Source of the DNA: Ostrea edulis
Taxonomy: Eukaryota
NCBI RefSeq assembly: GCF_947568905.1
Contig: NC_079171.1
Location: 64,914,001-64,978,000, forward strand
Direction of reading: 5' to 3'
DNA: 64,000 nt
Below, in pieces: positions 35,441 to 46,395 of this stretch (positions within the stretch are counted from its first letter, which is position 1; each line of letters starts with the position of its first letter). The position numbers and the translations under genes were made by a program. The notes under the pieces are model-generated. The model saw only the letters and a program-made list of their open reading frames with translations. It had not been told where the DNA came from and made no database searches.

Positions 35441-37096
35441 CTTGATAGAGTTTACAATGTTTTTGCATATTTTGAAAAAATAAAATTTAAAAAAGAATTA
35501 AAATTTATTTCCTACCTACCTACCCTATTTTTTTCTGGAACGTTAGCGGAAACTCAACAATTTTTATCGTTGGCCTAATATGTGTCAGAAACTCTCAAAT
35601 TTAGACCAATGACTGTAAATGTGAACTTATTCATCTTCCGAAGACCCCTAATGTCGGCTTCAAATGAATTTATAAAACCGGAAAACGATATAAATCCTAG
35701 ATATCATGTTACGAAGATTGCACAATTTGACTTCAAATCTGCTGCCTAATGTGATATATTTGCATCTGGTAATACATTTGTGCCGTCCCGGCAAGAGTTA
35801 TCTTTTGACTTCTCTTATATTGAGTTATCTCTCTTTGGATATTGTTTAGTTATGAACCGCCATATTTTTTGGTTACATGTTTTTCTGACCTCGTGTTCAA
35901 TATCGCAAATTGTGGCCCATCACAGTGTAAGTATTTGAATATTCTGTTTTATCTAGTCATAGCATTAACTGGAAAGTTTGTATTGTACATTTTGTATGTA
36001 GTAGCTTATCTAGGTGGACTATTAAGTGACCGTGCTGAGGCCACTGATAAAATGTGTTGTGTTTCCGCTAACCCGACCGACCCTAAATTATAGCCCCGAC
36101 CCTAGATTTTTTTTTCGATATTTAAAAAAAAAATCGTCATTTTCCCGGAAAAAATATATTCCCGGTTCTTGGTTTTCGTTTTAGTTAGACATTGAGATGA
36201 AGTCATTCAAACGCTTTAATGATATACAAAACTGCATGGTATTGTGTCAAGCGTTTAAACAACATTGATAATGTTTCTAACTAACAGCATGGATGATGGT
36301 TGACCTAGTGGCTAGTACCTCCATGCGTGCTCACGCAACGGTGATTTAACAATTGAAGTTAACAGACGGTCGAGAGACTTTGCCAAGTGTCATGTTTTCA
36401 TAGAAGACTTTCTTTTTTCAAAATTGCCAACTCCTATGTTGTTTACTTTTTAGACGGTGGCTATTTATAGCCATGCACAGTCTTATGCTATCGTTTCAGC
36501 GGGCATTACTGTGTATAAACGGGGACCCTAGTTTTATATGGAGGTCATGATGCAGAGTGACAGACATGAATGTCCAGTCTGTCAAATTTGTATGCACATC
36601 CTTGGTTTCTGCTGCAGTTCTAACTGAAAACACTATGAAAAAGGCCGCAAATAAAGCAGTGAGCGCATCCAAGTTGTTGATGGCTGGTGAGAGCCGAGAG
36701 GAAAAAAAGATGTGCAGATTGTTTTTAAAATAAAAATTTATGTCCGGTAAAAAGTTTTAGCTGGAAGAGAGTTGGATCCCATTAGGATAAGTGGGATCTG
36801 CCCAGACTGTCATCCTACCCTTGTTCCATTTAGATTGTGAAAATACATTAGAAGTATTCCTGACCTATGACAACCAATCTAAATGTAGAAACAATATATC
36901 TGGTACTTGTAGAGCATAGTGGCATAGAGGAGTTAACTTTTGTGTTTTATGCTAGATATGTTTCATTGAAAAATATAGTTTCTTATAAAACATCTGGAAA
37001 TAATCCTTAGCCAATAACGGGTGAAATGTTATGATTGAAAGTTTACTTGCAATGCAATTTAAGCAAAATTTATATTTTGAAAGTATAACATTTCAG

Positions 37097-37149
37097 TTGA
37101 GCATCACTGAAGAGACATTATTTGTCGAAATGCGCATCTGGTGCGTCAA
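37097..37149 (+). ncRNA. Type I hammerhead ribozyme, intact consensus core
   Basis: TTGA-GCATCA-CTGAAGA-GACA-TTATT-TGTC-GAAA-TGCGCA-TC^-TGGTGC-G-TCAA. All conserved core nucleotides are present, with a 4-bp stem II, a palindromic ATGCGCAT stem III and an AUC cleavage triplet (cut after 37138). Confidence 0.85.
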
Positions 37150-37194
37150 AATTGGTACCGTATAAGTTTTACATTCAATAGAACATTTAACTTG

Positions 37195-37547
37195 TACAGT
37201 AATTGGGGCTATACGGACCGTGGATATATCGGCCTGGATAGCTCAGTGGTTAGAGCACCTGACAAGAAATGCAGGGGTCCAGCCAAAGATTTTCTCCTTC
37301 CCATACTACATTTGGTACCGTTGACTACCCCTGGTGATGCAGGTTGGCCTGTCAGGGGCGAAAAGAACCTGGGTTGATATTGAAAGACAATTATAAAATT
37401 ATAATTGATCTTAAGGAGGGAGGAATGTAGTAATTAGGGCTATACGGACTGGATAGCTCAGTGGTTAGAGTACCTGCCTAGTAATGCAGGGGTCCCGGGT
37501 TCGATTCCCGGTACAGCCAAAGATTTTCTCCTCCTTCCTATACTACA
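37195..37547 (+). mobile_element. Miniature LTR retrotransposon with tRNA-derived LTRs, copy 2
   Basis: 5' LTR 37195-37310; primer-binding site tggtaccgt; polypurine tract ending 37425; 3' LTR 37426-37547; CTTG TSD at 37191-37194 and 37548-37551. Confidence 0.85.
37446..37519 (+). pseudogene. tRNA-Thr(AGT)-derived sequence inside the 3' LTR (related copies at 35311-35412 and truncated in both 5' LTRs)
   Basis: D-arm GCTC/GAGT, anticodon arm CCTGC-CTAGTAAT-GCAGG, T-arm CCGGG-TTCGATT-CCCGG. The acceptor stem is imperfect and the anticodon loop is 8 nt. Confidence 0.7.
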
Positions 37548-37814
37548 CTTGTTACGAGTTTACAATGTTTTTGAATACTTTGAAAAAATAAAATTTAAAA
37601 AAAAAAAAAAATTTATTTCCTACCTACCTACCCTATTTTTTTCTGGAACGTTAGCGGAAACTCAACAATTTTTATCGTTGGCCTTAACACGGAGACGGGA
37701 TATAGAATTAACAGAGACGGGATACAGAATTAACATAATATCCAATAGTCATGTTGCAGGGTTTTTATAATTATCTAGTTATCCAATAGTCATGTTGCAA
37801 GGTTTTTATAATTA

Positions 37815-38230
37815 TCTAGTTACTTTGATACTAGTTCTGGACTTTGGTACTAGTTTTGGACACTAGTTATGGATTTTGGTACTAGTTCTGGACTTTAATA
37901 TTAGTTCTGTACTTTGATACTAGTTCTGGACTTTAATACTAGTTATGGATTTTGGTACTAGTTATGGACTTTGATACTAGTTATGAACTTTGATACTAAT
38001 TTCTGGATTTAGATACTAGTTATTGAATTTGGTACTAGTTCTGGACATTAGTATTAGTTCTGGACTTTGATACTAGTTCTGGACTTTGGTACTAGTTCTG
38101 GACTTTGATATTAGTTCTGGACTTTGGTACTAGTTATGGATTTTGGAATTAGTTCTGGACTTTGATACTAGTTCTGGACTTTAGTACTAGTTTCTGAACT
38201 TTGATACTAGTTATGGACTTTAGTATTAGT
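37815..38230. repeat. 19-bp minisatellite abutting the C1q exon 3 acceptor
   Basis: tactagttctggactttga, about 20 copies. Confidence 0.9.
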
Positions 38231-38252
38231 TATGTCAATGTCTGTGTTTCAG

Positions 38253-38434
38253 GAAACGTTATCAGTGATAGCCAAGAGCAGAATGAGTACCACACCACCA
38301 CGGGCGTGGCAGTAGCCCAGTTAAGTCAGGGGGACGCCGTCAGGGTGCGCTCTCATCCTAAAGTCAACATACACGGAAGTGTTCTAAGCTCCACCACGCA
38401 CCGCACTTCCTTTTCCGGATGGCAGCTTTATTAA
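38253..38434 (+). CDS. C1q-domain-containing protein, exon 3 (gC1q C-terminal part)
   Basis: tgtttcag acceptor, phase 1. TTTGVAVAQLSQGDAVRV...TSFSGWQLY* matches the gC1q end L-x-x-GD-x-V-x-V and S-F-S-G. Confidence 0.93.
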
Positions 38435-38589
38435 ACTTCCTTAATTTGGCGGATAATATTCAATCAATCCGAATTTCCTCAATCCATTTGCTGATAATGA
38501 TCACATCGAATACAAGGGATGAGTTTCCACTGTTTGTTTGTTTCTCATATTAAATGAATGTTTATTTCACTCAGTCTTTATGCTTGGTT

Positions 38590-38755
38590 GCCTGTCTGTT
38601 CGTCAGTAGACCACGAATTTATTGTCTGTCTGTTCGTCAGTAGACCACGCATTTATTGTCTGTCTGTTCGTCAGTAGACCACGCATTTATTGTCTGTCTG
38701 TACGTCAGTAGACCACCATTTATTGTCTGTCTGTTCGTCAGTAGACCACGCCTTT
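38590..38755. repeat. 34-bp minisatellite, about 5 copies
   Basis: tttattgtctgtctgttcgtcagtagaccacgca repeats. Confidence 0.9.
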
Positions 38756-39016
38756 AGTTGTCACATCAATCGCATAAATTGACGACGGTACACATTTTTG
38801 CAGATCGCCCTGTAGTAGTGATTTACCCGGAATTACACAATCACGTGACGTATAAGGGTTACCATGAGTCGGGAAAGTGCCCAATGATTCTACAGAAATC
38901 TAAACCAAAAGTCGATGTTTAGATACATAAAATAAACAGTCGGATGAGAATTTACAAGAATGAGAGTGGAGATTAGGAATCACGAGTCGTAAACACGTGT
39001 TAGTTGTATTATGTAG

Positions 39017-39059
<43 letters not shown>

Positions 39060-39192
39060 TTAGTCGAGTTTTATTCACACATATTCAGACATCACCAGCT
39101 GTAAGTGAAATATCACAAATTTAGACCTAGTGTTCAGGTCTTTACCAGTAATGGTATCTTCACATTCACAGATTTTTCTTCCGGATCCTTAC

Positions 39193-39297
39193 GTATTCCA
39201 CAAATCCGTAAAGGGTACACGGATTGTTACGATTTAGACACGACGAGTGATTTACGAATGCTTGCGAGTGACTACGAGTCGGAGATCCATAAGGACT
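39193..39297 (-). CDS. ENTREP/FAM189-like gene, probable 35-codon exon after TM4
   Basis: tttttcttaag acceptor, TAC|gtaagg donor, phase 0-0; open frame SPYGSPTRSHSQAFVNHSSCLNRNNPCTLYGFVEY. Confidence 0.55.
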
Positions 39298-39339
39298 CTT
39301 AAGAAAAATCCGTGAGTGTGAAGGTGGTATAAAGATTCT

Positions 39340-39530
39340 TTAACATGCCAATGTCTGCCACCACAAAGGACCTCCATTTTAAAGGTCATATTCGGAAGAC
39401 CCATGATTCTCACTTTGAGCAACCATTACCTATAATGACGTCTTATGTTTGATGAAGCCATGGCACGAGTGGGGCTCGAACTCACGACCTCCCGGTTATA
39501 AAGTGAATCATCTGTCACTGAGCTACCGCG
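39340..39530 (-). mobile_element. tRNA-headed SINE remnant
   Basis: The minus strand reads ggtagctcagtg...gagttcgagcccc (A/B boxes), then gtgagaatcatggg. Confidence 0.7.
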
Positions 39531-39580
39531 ACCGCGACCGTTTGCAGATTGAGAGAGGGAAGGAGATTAAGAGATCTTAC

Positions 39581-39753
39581 CCTTAAAATCTTTCTTTTCT
39601 CTAGCTTGATGATGAGGAATGTAAGCACTGCTACAATGGTACATACGATGAAAATGCACAGATAGAGGGCACACTCTGAATACAATAAGACCGGAAGTAC
39701 AGATTCGATGACGTCACAACTGCTGGTTCTCTCAAACTTTATTTTTACTTTAT
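39581..39753 (-). CDS. ENTREP/FAM189-like gene, exon encoding TM4
   Basis: tttttgcag acceptor (phase 1), AGG|gtaaga donor (phase 0). SCDVIESVLPVLLYSECALYLCIFIVCTIVAVLTFLII resembles the ENTREP C-x-x-V...LL(F/Y)S-x-CAL...IVC segment as I recall it. Confidence 0.85.
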
Positions 39754-40721
39754 CTGCAAAAAAGATAGAAAAATTCAAAATAGAAATTACTCATGAGTGA
39801 AAAGATGCATTGTGTGCGTGTGCAGTGTTCCAGGCATATTTCGTCTATTCCAATCTCTACCCAGAGTTATCGTTCCTTACACTCACACACACCTCTGTCG
39901 ACGTCTCGAAATTAGCAGTGGTACGGTTAATAAAATCAAAACTAAGAACTAGTTTACGAAATATAAAAAAAACAAAACAAAAAAAAAAAAAAAAAACGTC
40001 GTGCAATTTACTGCATATTTTATTTCCCATTACATTACATATCTACCTATAGGTGGAGTGCTCGAACAATATTCGCATGTCAACACAATTTCCTGCTTCT
40101 TGTGTCACAGTAAGACTTGACACCTGCTTAATATTGATTTATTTACGTATACTTTTGCAACTGGACTCAAAAACATTTTATTTCAGCATTTTTACCGTTT
40201 TCTTCAGGAATCCTGAAATACCCACTAGATGCTGACAGATGTATAAGTGAATGTAAGGAACGATAACTCTGGGTAGAGATTCCATCTATTTAAGTTCAGC
40301 CATTGTTATCTCTGTGACGGCAACAGTGAGCCTACTCTTATTTCGAACTCCATGGAGACTTTATCGTGCCAAGGGCGTGTACCCCTGACATGGAGCATAT
40401 CTGCTACCGGATGCTCCCATATAATAATAAATTAGAAAAAACCCTTCATATTATCATCCGCCCACGTATTACCTATCGGAAGAAAATCTTAGATCCACCC
40501 CGGTCTTACTACTAGGAGCAACTTTTACACAACAAATGGCAAGGGATTCTTAGACCCGCCCCTGTCTTACCACCAGGAAAAAAATCAGCAAAAAAAATTC
40601 TTGGATCCGCTCCCGTCTTATCAATAAGGGAAAAATTCTTACTTAACAAATAGCAAGAAATTCTTAGATCTGTCCCTGTCTTACTACTAGGAAAAAAATC
40701 TTAAATCCACCTATGTCTTAC

Positions 40722-40911
40722 CTGTTGGAAGAAATTCTATGTTAAGGTCCTCTCTTTTATAGGATGATTTACATTCACACAGCGATTCCTGCTTGACGTA
40801 GGTACATGAGTCGAGGTTTGTGATTGGCGGAAGTACATGAGTCACGCACAAAATGGCCAGCACCACGCACAGAAGCCCACAACCCACAGCCACCGAAAGA
40901 CAGACAAAAAT
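40722..40911 (-). CDS. ENTREP/FAM189-like gene, exon encoding TM3 and the Cys-rich extracellular loop
   Basis: cccctag acceptor (phase 0), G|gtaaga donor (phase 1); IFVCLSVAVGCGLLCVVLAILCV...LDSCTYVKQESLCECK. Confidence 0.85.
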
Positions 40912-41332
40912 CTAGGGGAGATAATTAATGTAATCAAAATGTAATCACTGCAACATAGACAAAGATCGAGGGGAGATAATTCATGTAATCAAAATGTAAT
41001 CACTGTAACACGAATATCTAAGTAAATATGAATGTAATCATATGTTATGCAGCATTACATGAACACATTTTCACATTACAATATTAATCTGAATCCAAGA
41101 TTTCCAATAGGAAACAAAGCGATACTTGGAGTTACACAAAATAATTTTCTTGTGGTAGAAAACAATTATGATATACAAATGTAATCCCATTTCAAACGAG
41201 GGGATATTTACTTACATGTACGTGCAGATGTATTACGAAGATTAAGCACTGAATGTGCGTTTAATTATTCATCTCATCGTGAATGTATTCATTTCATTAT
41301 ATTCAGGCAGCAATATTATGTTATACATGTAA

Positions 41333-42020
41333 CCTGCATATGGTGTTTATGTCTCTTAACTGATTCGATGCGCAAGAGCTTGTTCTGCGTATGATCAGTT
41401 TTTAAATCGAGGCAGGCTACTGACAAACAATTTGATAATACAGGAATTCCAACATTCCCGTTTAAAGTCAACACTTTGTAAATACTATGGTCGTGATAAT
41501 GATCTAGTTTGCCAATGCAGCTGACATGTTTCATACCAATTGTTAAGTAGTTCTTTACACATTGATTTTGACCACAGATTACTCCGTTTACCTGATCATC
41601 ACGGTGGGTGTGACCGGTCTACAGAAAATCCTTACTCCTCCTAGGCATCTGATTCCACCTTTGGTATGCCCATGTGTCCGTGTTTGCCCAACTCTATCTT
41701 AATTTTGTCATCTTTACAGGAGTTATGAGATTGACCACTGTTCGTTATCTTCACCTTTATAGGAGTTATGAGATTGATCACTGTTCGTTATCTTCACCTT
41801 TATAGGAGTTATGAGATTGATCACTGTTCGTTATCTTCACCTTTATAGGAGTTATGAGATTGACCACTGTTCGATATCTTCACCTTTATAGGAGTTATGA
41901 GATCGATCACTGTTCGTTATCTTCACCTTTATAGGAGTTATGAGATTGATCACTGTTCGCTATGTTCACCTTTATAGGAGTCAGGAGATTGATCACTGTT
42001 TGTTATCTTCACCTTTCATT
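41333..42020 (+). mobile_element. Penelope-like retroelement 3' remnant (RT C-terminus pseudogene, terminal repeat, 43-bp tandem tail of about 6 copies)
   Basis: Translates PAYGVYVS*LIRCARACSAYDQFLNRGRLLTN...RLKSTLCKYYGRDNDL, a Penelope-type RT thumb motif, with an internal stop. Confidence 0.82.
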
Positions 42021-42224
42021 ACATACTTGAACTTTAAAAAAACCCACCAAAACAACTTTATCTGTAGATACCCATCAACTGCGAATACGGTAAAACACGA
42101 TTATGACGAATGCACACGTATGAAAAAGTGATAGTTTTTGTATAATGGAAATTTGTTTATAATGACTATTTTCACCAGCCCAGGAGATTCAATATAACCG
42201 TGTTTTACTGTACTCTGTATGTAT

Positions 42225-42425
42225 AAATACTATGCACGTGCACACACATCACGTGTAAACAATCTGCACGTGTGTACACCCATCACGTGTAAGCACTCTG
42301 CACGTGTACAATACTGCATGCATGTGTATAACACTCTGCACGTGTACACACCCATCACGTGTAAGCACTCTGCACGTGTACAATACTGCATGCATGTGTA
42401 CAACACACTGCACGTGTGCACATCC
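42225..42425. repeat. About 70-bp tandem repeat rich in CACGTG, directly after the ENTREP-like exon 2 donor
   Basis: ctctgcacgtgtacacacccatcacgtgtaagcactctgcacgtgtacaatactgcatgcatgtg, about 3 copies. Confidence 0.85.
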
Positions 42426-42434
42426 ATCACTCAC

Positions 42435-42491
42435 CAGACAAGATGGCCTCCACCAAAACAAGACCAGCACGATGCAACCTTTCACAAGTAC
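42435..42491 (-). CDS. ENTREP/FAM189-like gene, 19-codon exon 2 (end of TM2)
   Basis: ttcttacag acceptor, CTG|gtgagt donor, phase 0-0. VLVKGCIVLVLFWWRPSCL parallels the ENTREP VLLSGLIGVVSWKRP segment as I recall it. Confidence 0.82.
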
Positions 42492-42614
42492 CTGTAAGAA
42501 TGAAAGCAGTGTTTTATTTAGACAGAATGGTTTCCTTTATCTTTGCATATTATTGTATTACTGTAAATCAACTTCTATTCACGATGATTCTATTTCGCGT
42601 TTTAACACTTATAA

Positions 42615-42850
42615 GCTGCTTCGCGGTGACTAATTTTCGCGCTTTAATTCTGATAAACCGCTCCGTGGTGACTAATTTTCGCGCTTTAATTCTGATAAAC
42701 CGCTTCGTAGTGACTAATTTTCGCGCTTTAATTTTGATAAAGCGCTTCGCGGTGACTAATTTTCGCGCTTTAATTCTGATAAACCGCTTCGCGGTGACTA
42801 ATTTTCGCGCTTTAATTCTGATAAACCGCTTCGCGGCAACTAATTTTGCG
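42615..42850. repeat. 42-bp minisatellite
   Basis: gtgactaattttcgcgctttaattctgataaaccgcttcgcg, about 5.5 copies. Confidence 0.92.
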
Positions 42851-44269
42851 ACGGAGATAATCTTAGACAAATAAGAGAAATAGTAAAAGACTGGCTCGCG
42901 GCAACGATGAACGTTTTGCGAACTTTTCTCAAACGCGAATAAAAGTTTACTGTGATAAAACATGCACTCAGGAACGACAACTCTGCAATTATAAAGGTTT
43001 GGAGTACTGGTCAATGTCATAGCAATGTCTGATTGTCTCAAAATATTTCACAATTCGATTACCGGCAACACGCATGTGAAGGTTAATCATTGGTCGCTAA
43101 CAAACAATACCTCACGCAAGTGACCTCACTGTTTGACATAGATATTAAAATATCTAAAATATATGTCGGGCTCGTGTCACTGGCACTGAGCTGCTCATGC
43201 TGACATGCACGGTCCAGGAATTCTACTACATTTGTACTATGAGGGATAGGATCAAACACTGTAGTAGATTTTTTATTCCTCAGTAATAGAAGTAACCTAA
43301 CTATGACGTCATTAATGAACAATATTTGATTAAGGAGGTATAATACATCGTCATAATAATGGCTGACTGATTTTTAAAACTATGAATATAAACAACACTT
43401 GTATACATGTATCCCTTTTGAATTTGATAGCAGTCAGATGACGTCTAGACTGCTGGTCTGTAAATCACTGGGTCTACTGAAGTACTGTTGGGGCTTTATC
43501 TTCTTCTTCAGATTACTTTCAACTAAAACTGCATTTTTAAACACGAAAGAAGGATTTGAAAGTATTCAATTTTGAAATATCATTGTAAGTATTCTCAATT
43601 TTTTCAACCATTTAAGATTTCTCTGGTGTGCTATTCCTCCTTACATTGTGAACAAAATCTCGCTTTTTATACTACATGTAGATGCTTTGAACCTCCGCAA
43701 CATTTTCTGCAAAAATATCTATACACACACCGGTAATAATGTGTGGGTATAATATACATACATGTATGTATATCAAATACAAACTTATTCTTTGTTACTC
43801 TAAGCCATATTCACAGATAACGATAAATCAAATAATTAACATTTTTTATAGGTTTTTTTTTTTGGTCTGTTTATGGTGAACAATGAACCTTCCACAGGTT
43901 TAAGTATTGATGACACGCATGAGATGCGCACGGATGCTCTCCACGCGAGAGACTCAATGTCTTGTTTTGTCAACCGTATCAGAAGTGTGTACCGCTGTCA
44001 TTCCCCTGCCGTGTTCTCTACACAAGGTGTTGGGTTATACTGAATAAAAACATTTACATAAAACTCGTGTGCAATTTTAAGAACATAGAGTACCCCCCTC
44101 CCCCCGCCCTCAAAGTTCCAGAATTATAAAAATTCGCGTGTTAGTTTAAGGACATACATGTATATGTAGAGATAAGATAAGATAAGTTCTAGTTGTCAAT
44201 TACTTATAACTCTCCATTACCATGGAGGAAATAAAGAATATCTTATCTTATCTTATCTCATACCTATAT

Positions 44270-45000
44270 ATTGTATACTACTACACACATATTTATATAT
44301 TGTATACTACTACACACATATCTATATATTGTGTAATACTACACACATATCTATATATTGTATAATACTACACACATATCTATATATTGTATAATACTAC
44401 ACACATATCTATATATTGTATAATACTACACACATATCTATATATTGTATAATACTACACACATATCTATATATTGTATAATACTACACACATATCTATA
44501 TATTGTATGTATATCACACACATATCTATATACTGTATATATATCACACACATATCTATATACTGTATATATATCACACATATCTATATACAGTATTACT
44601 GTATATATATCACACATATCTATATACTGTATATATATCACACATATCTATATACTGTATATATATCACACATATCTATATATTGTATATATATCACACA
44701 TATCTATATACTGTATGTATATCACACATATCTATATACTGTATGTATATCACACATATCTATATACTGTATATATATCACACATATCTATATACTGTAT
44801 GTATATCACACATATCTATATACTGTATGTATATCACACATATCTATATACTGTATGTATATCACACATATCTATATACTGTATATATATCACACATATC
44901 TATATACTGTATATATATCACACATATCTATATACTGTATGTATATTACACACATATCTATATACTGTATGTATTTACACACATATCTATATACTGTATA
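44270..45000. repeat. 26-28-bp AT-rich minisatellite
   Basis: atatcacacatatctatatactgtat variants. Confidence 0.93.
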
Positions 45001-45874
45001 TGTACGAGTTTAACTTGCACCAAATGGTCTCAGTCATGATTCATATACCCACACATCACAAAATTAATAACTAGCTCCGCCTCCCCCTGACTGGCCTCTG
45101 CCGGTTCCCACGTGTTTCATTTTATCTATCTGACCATCAAAGGTTGTTTATTAAATTAAACTTAAAACAGATGTCGAATTTATCATGTCACTCTTTCTCC
45201 TTCCACTTCATCAACAATCACCGGGGCTAACGCCGCATGTTACTTTGAGGAGATCCAGTTTCACACGCTCAAAAAGTTCCAACAACAGGCTGCAACCTTA
45301 AGATCGTCGTGTTCTTTATGAAATGCTGTACTTGTAACGACATATCATTCACGTGTATCGTTATATGTATGTTGAAATGCATTGATTTCATATCCTCAAA
45401 ATTGAATCCAAGGGCAATAACTCTGTTTTTAATGATTTCTTTTATCAAGTCTATAATGCGATAGATTTCCTTTATTTTTAGAGACATTTTGTATGTTTTT
45501 GTAAAGATACGGTTTCATGAAATTGTTATGAATTATATATCGTCATAACCAGTTTGTATGACATTCTGATGACGCTGTTTAAGGAAAATTCCAATTTTCT
45601 GACGGTGATATATGGTACTGTTTATGTACGTCTCGCATCTTAAAAAGTGTGATGACCTATGTATTTTATTTTATAAAATTGTTAGTTTTATCTCTAGTGA
45701 ATGGGAATAAATATAATTTTTAAAACTTGTATCAAATAAAACTGCAAGTATGGAGTTTCCTTGATGAGGATGCCGAAGGCAAAATCATTGGAATTGTAAA
45801 TATTTTTGTATAAATCTGTCAGTTTCCATTCAGTATTTTAAATGATTATCACACTGAAGGTTTTGATATAACTA

Positions 45875-46395
45875 CTAATTAATATTACACCCTGGTCTGT
45901 CTGTTCAATATCAATTAATATTACACCCTGGTCTGTCTGTTCAATATTAATTAATATTACACCCTGGACTGTCTGTTCAATATTAATTAATATTACACCC
46001 TGGTCTGTCTGTTCAATATTAATTAATATTACACCCTGGTCTGTCTGTTCAATATCAATTAATATTACACCCTGGCTTGGATTTCTCGAAAAAATGTCAA
46101 ACTTAAGTTTTGAATTTTCTTTCATTTGAGCAGTCAATGTTTGAGTAAAATCTCAGACTTAAATCCAAGTTCTGACTTAAGTTTATTTCGAGAAATCCAG
46201 ACAAGGTCTGTCTGTTTCATATTAATTGATATTACAACCTGGTCTGCCTGTTTCATATTAATTGATATTACATCCTGGTCTGTCTGTTCAATATTAATTA
46301 ATATTACACCCTGGTCTGTCTGTTCAATATCAATTAATATTACACCCTGGTCTGTCTGTTCAATATTAATTAATATTACACCCTGGTCTTTCTGT
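45875..46395. repeat. 36-bp minisatellite in two blocks split by about 125 bp of unrelated sequence
   Basis: ttaatattacaccctggtctgtctgttcaatat(c/t)aa at 45875-46075 and about 46200-46395. Confidence 0.88.

Larger units (their letters stand above)
33877..37683. mobile_element. Apparent composite DNA transposon: two GGCC-TIR units (33877-35575, 36039-37683) plus a 463-bp cargo, with an outer TTA TSD (PIF/Harbinger-like)
   Basis: Left TIR ggccactgataaaatgtgttgtgtttccg; right TIR cggaaactcaacaatttttatcgttggcc. TTA at 33874-33876 and 37684-37686 splits a host repeat (aattaacacagagacggg). The inner flanks are TAA and TGA. Confidence 0.75.

Noticed and set aside
37446-37519. Functional tRNA-Thr gene
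   Set aside because: Imperfect acceptor stem, 8-nt anticodon loop, no oligo-T terminator directly after it, and it is embedded in an LTR.
41216-41248. 33-nt phase 0-0 candidate exon of the ENTREP-like gene (CLIFVIHLHVH, gtaagt donor)
   Set aside because: Not needed for the family-like spacing between TM2 and TM3, and the acceptor has a poor pyrimidine tract; possible but unsupported without RNA-seq.
43083-43322. ORF or candidate exon on the minus strand
   Set aside because: Its acceptor phase (1) does not fit the flanking phase-0 junctions and it has no recognisable motif.
44438-45074. His/Tyr/Ile-rich ORFs
   Set aside because: Translations of an AT-rich minisatellite.
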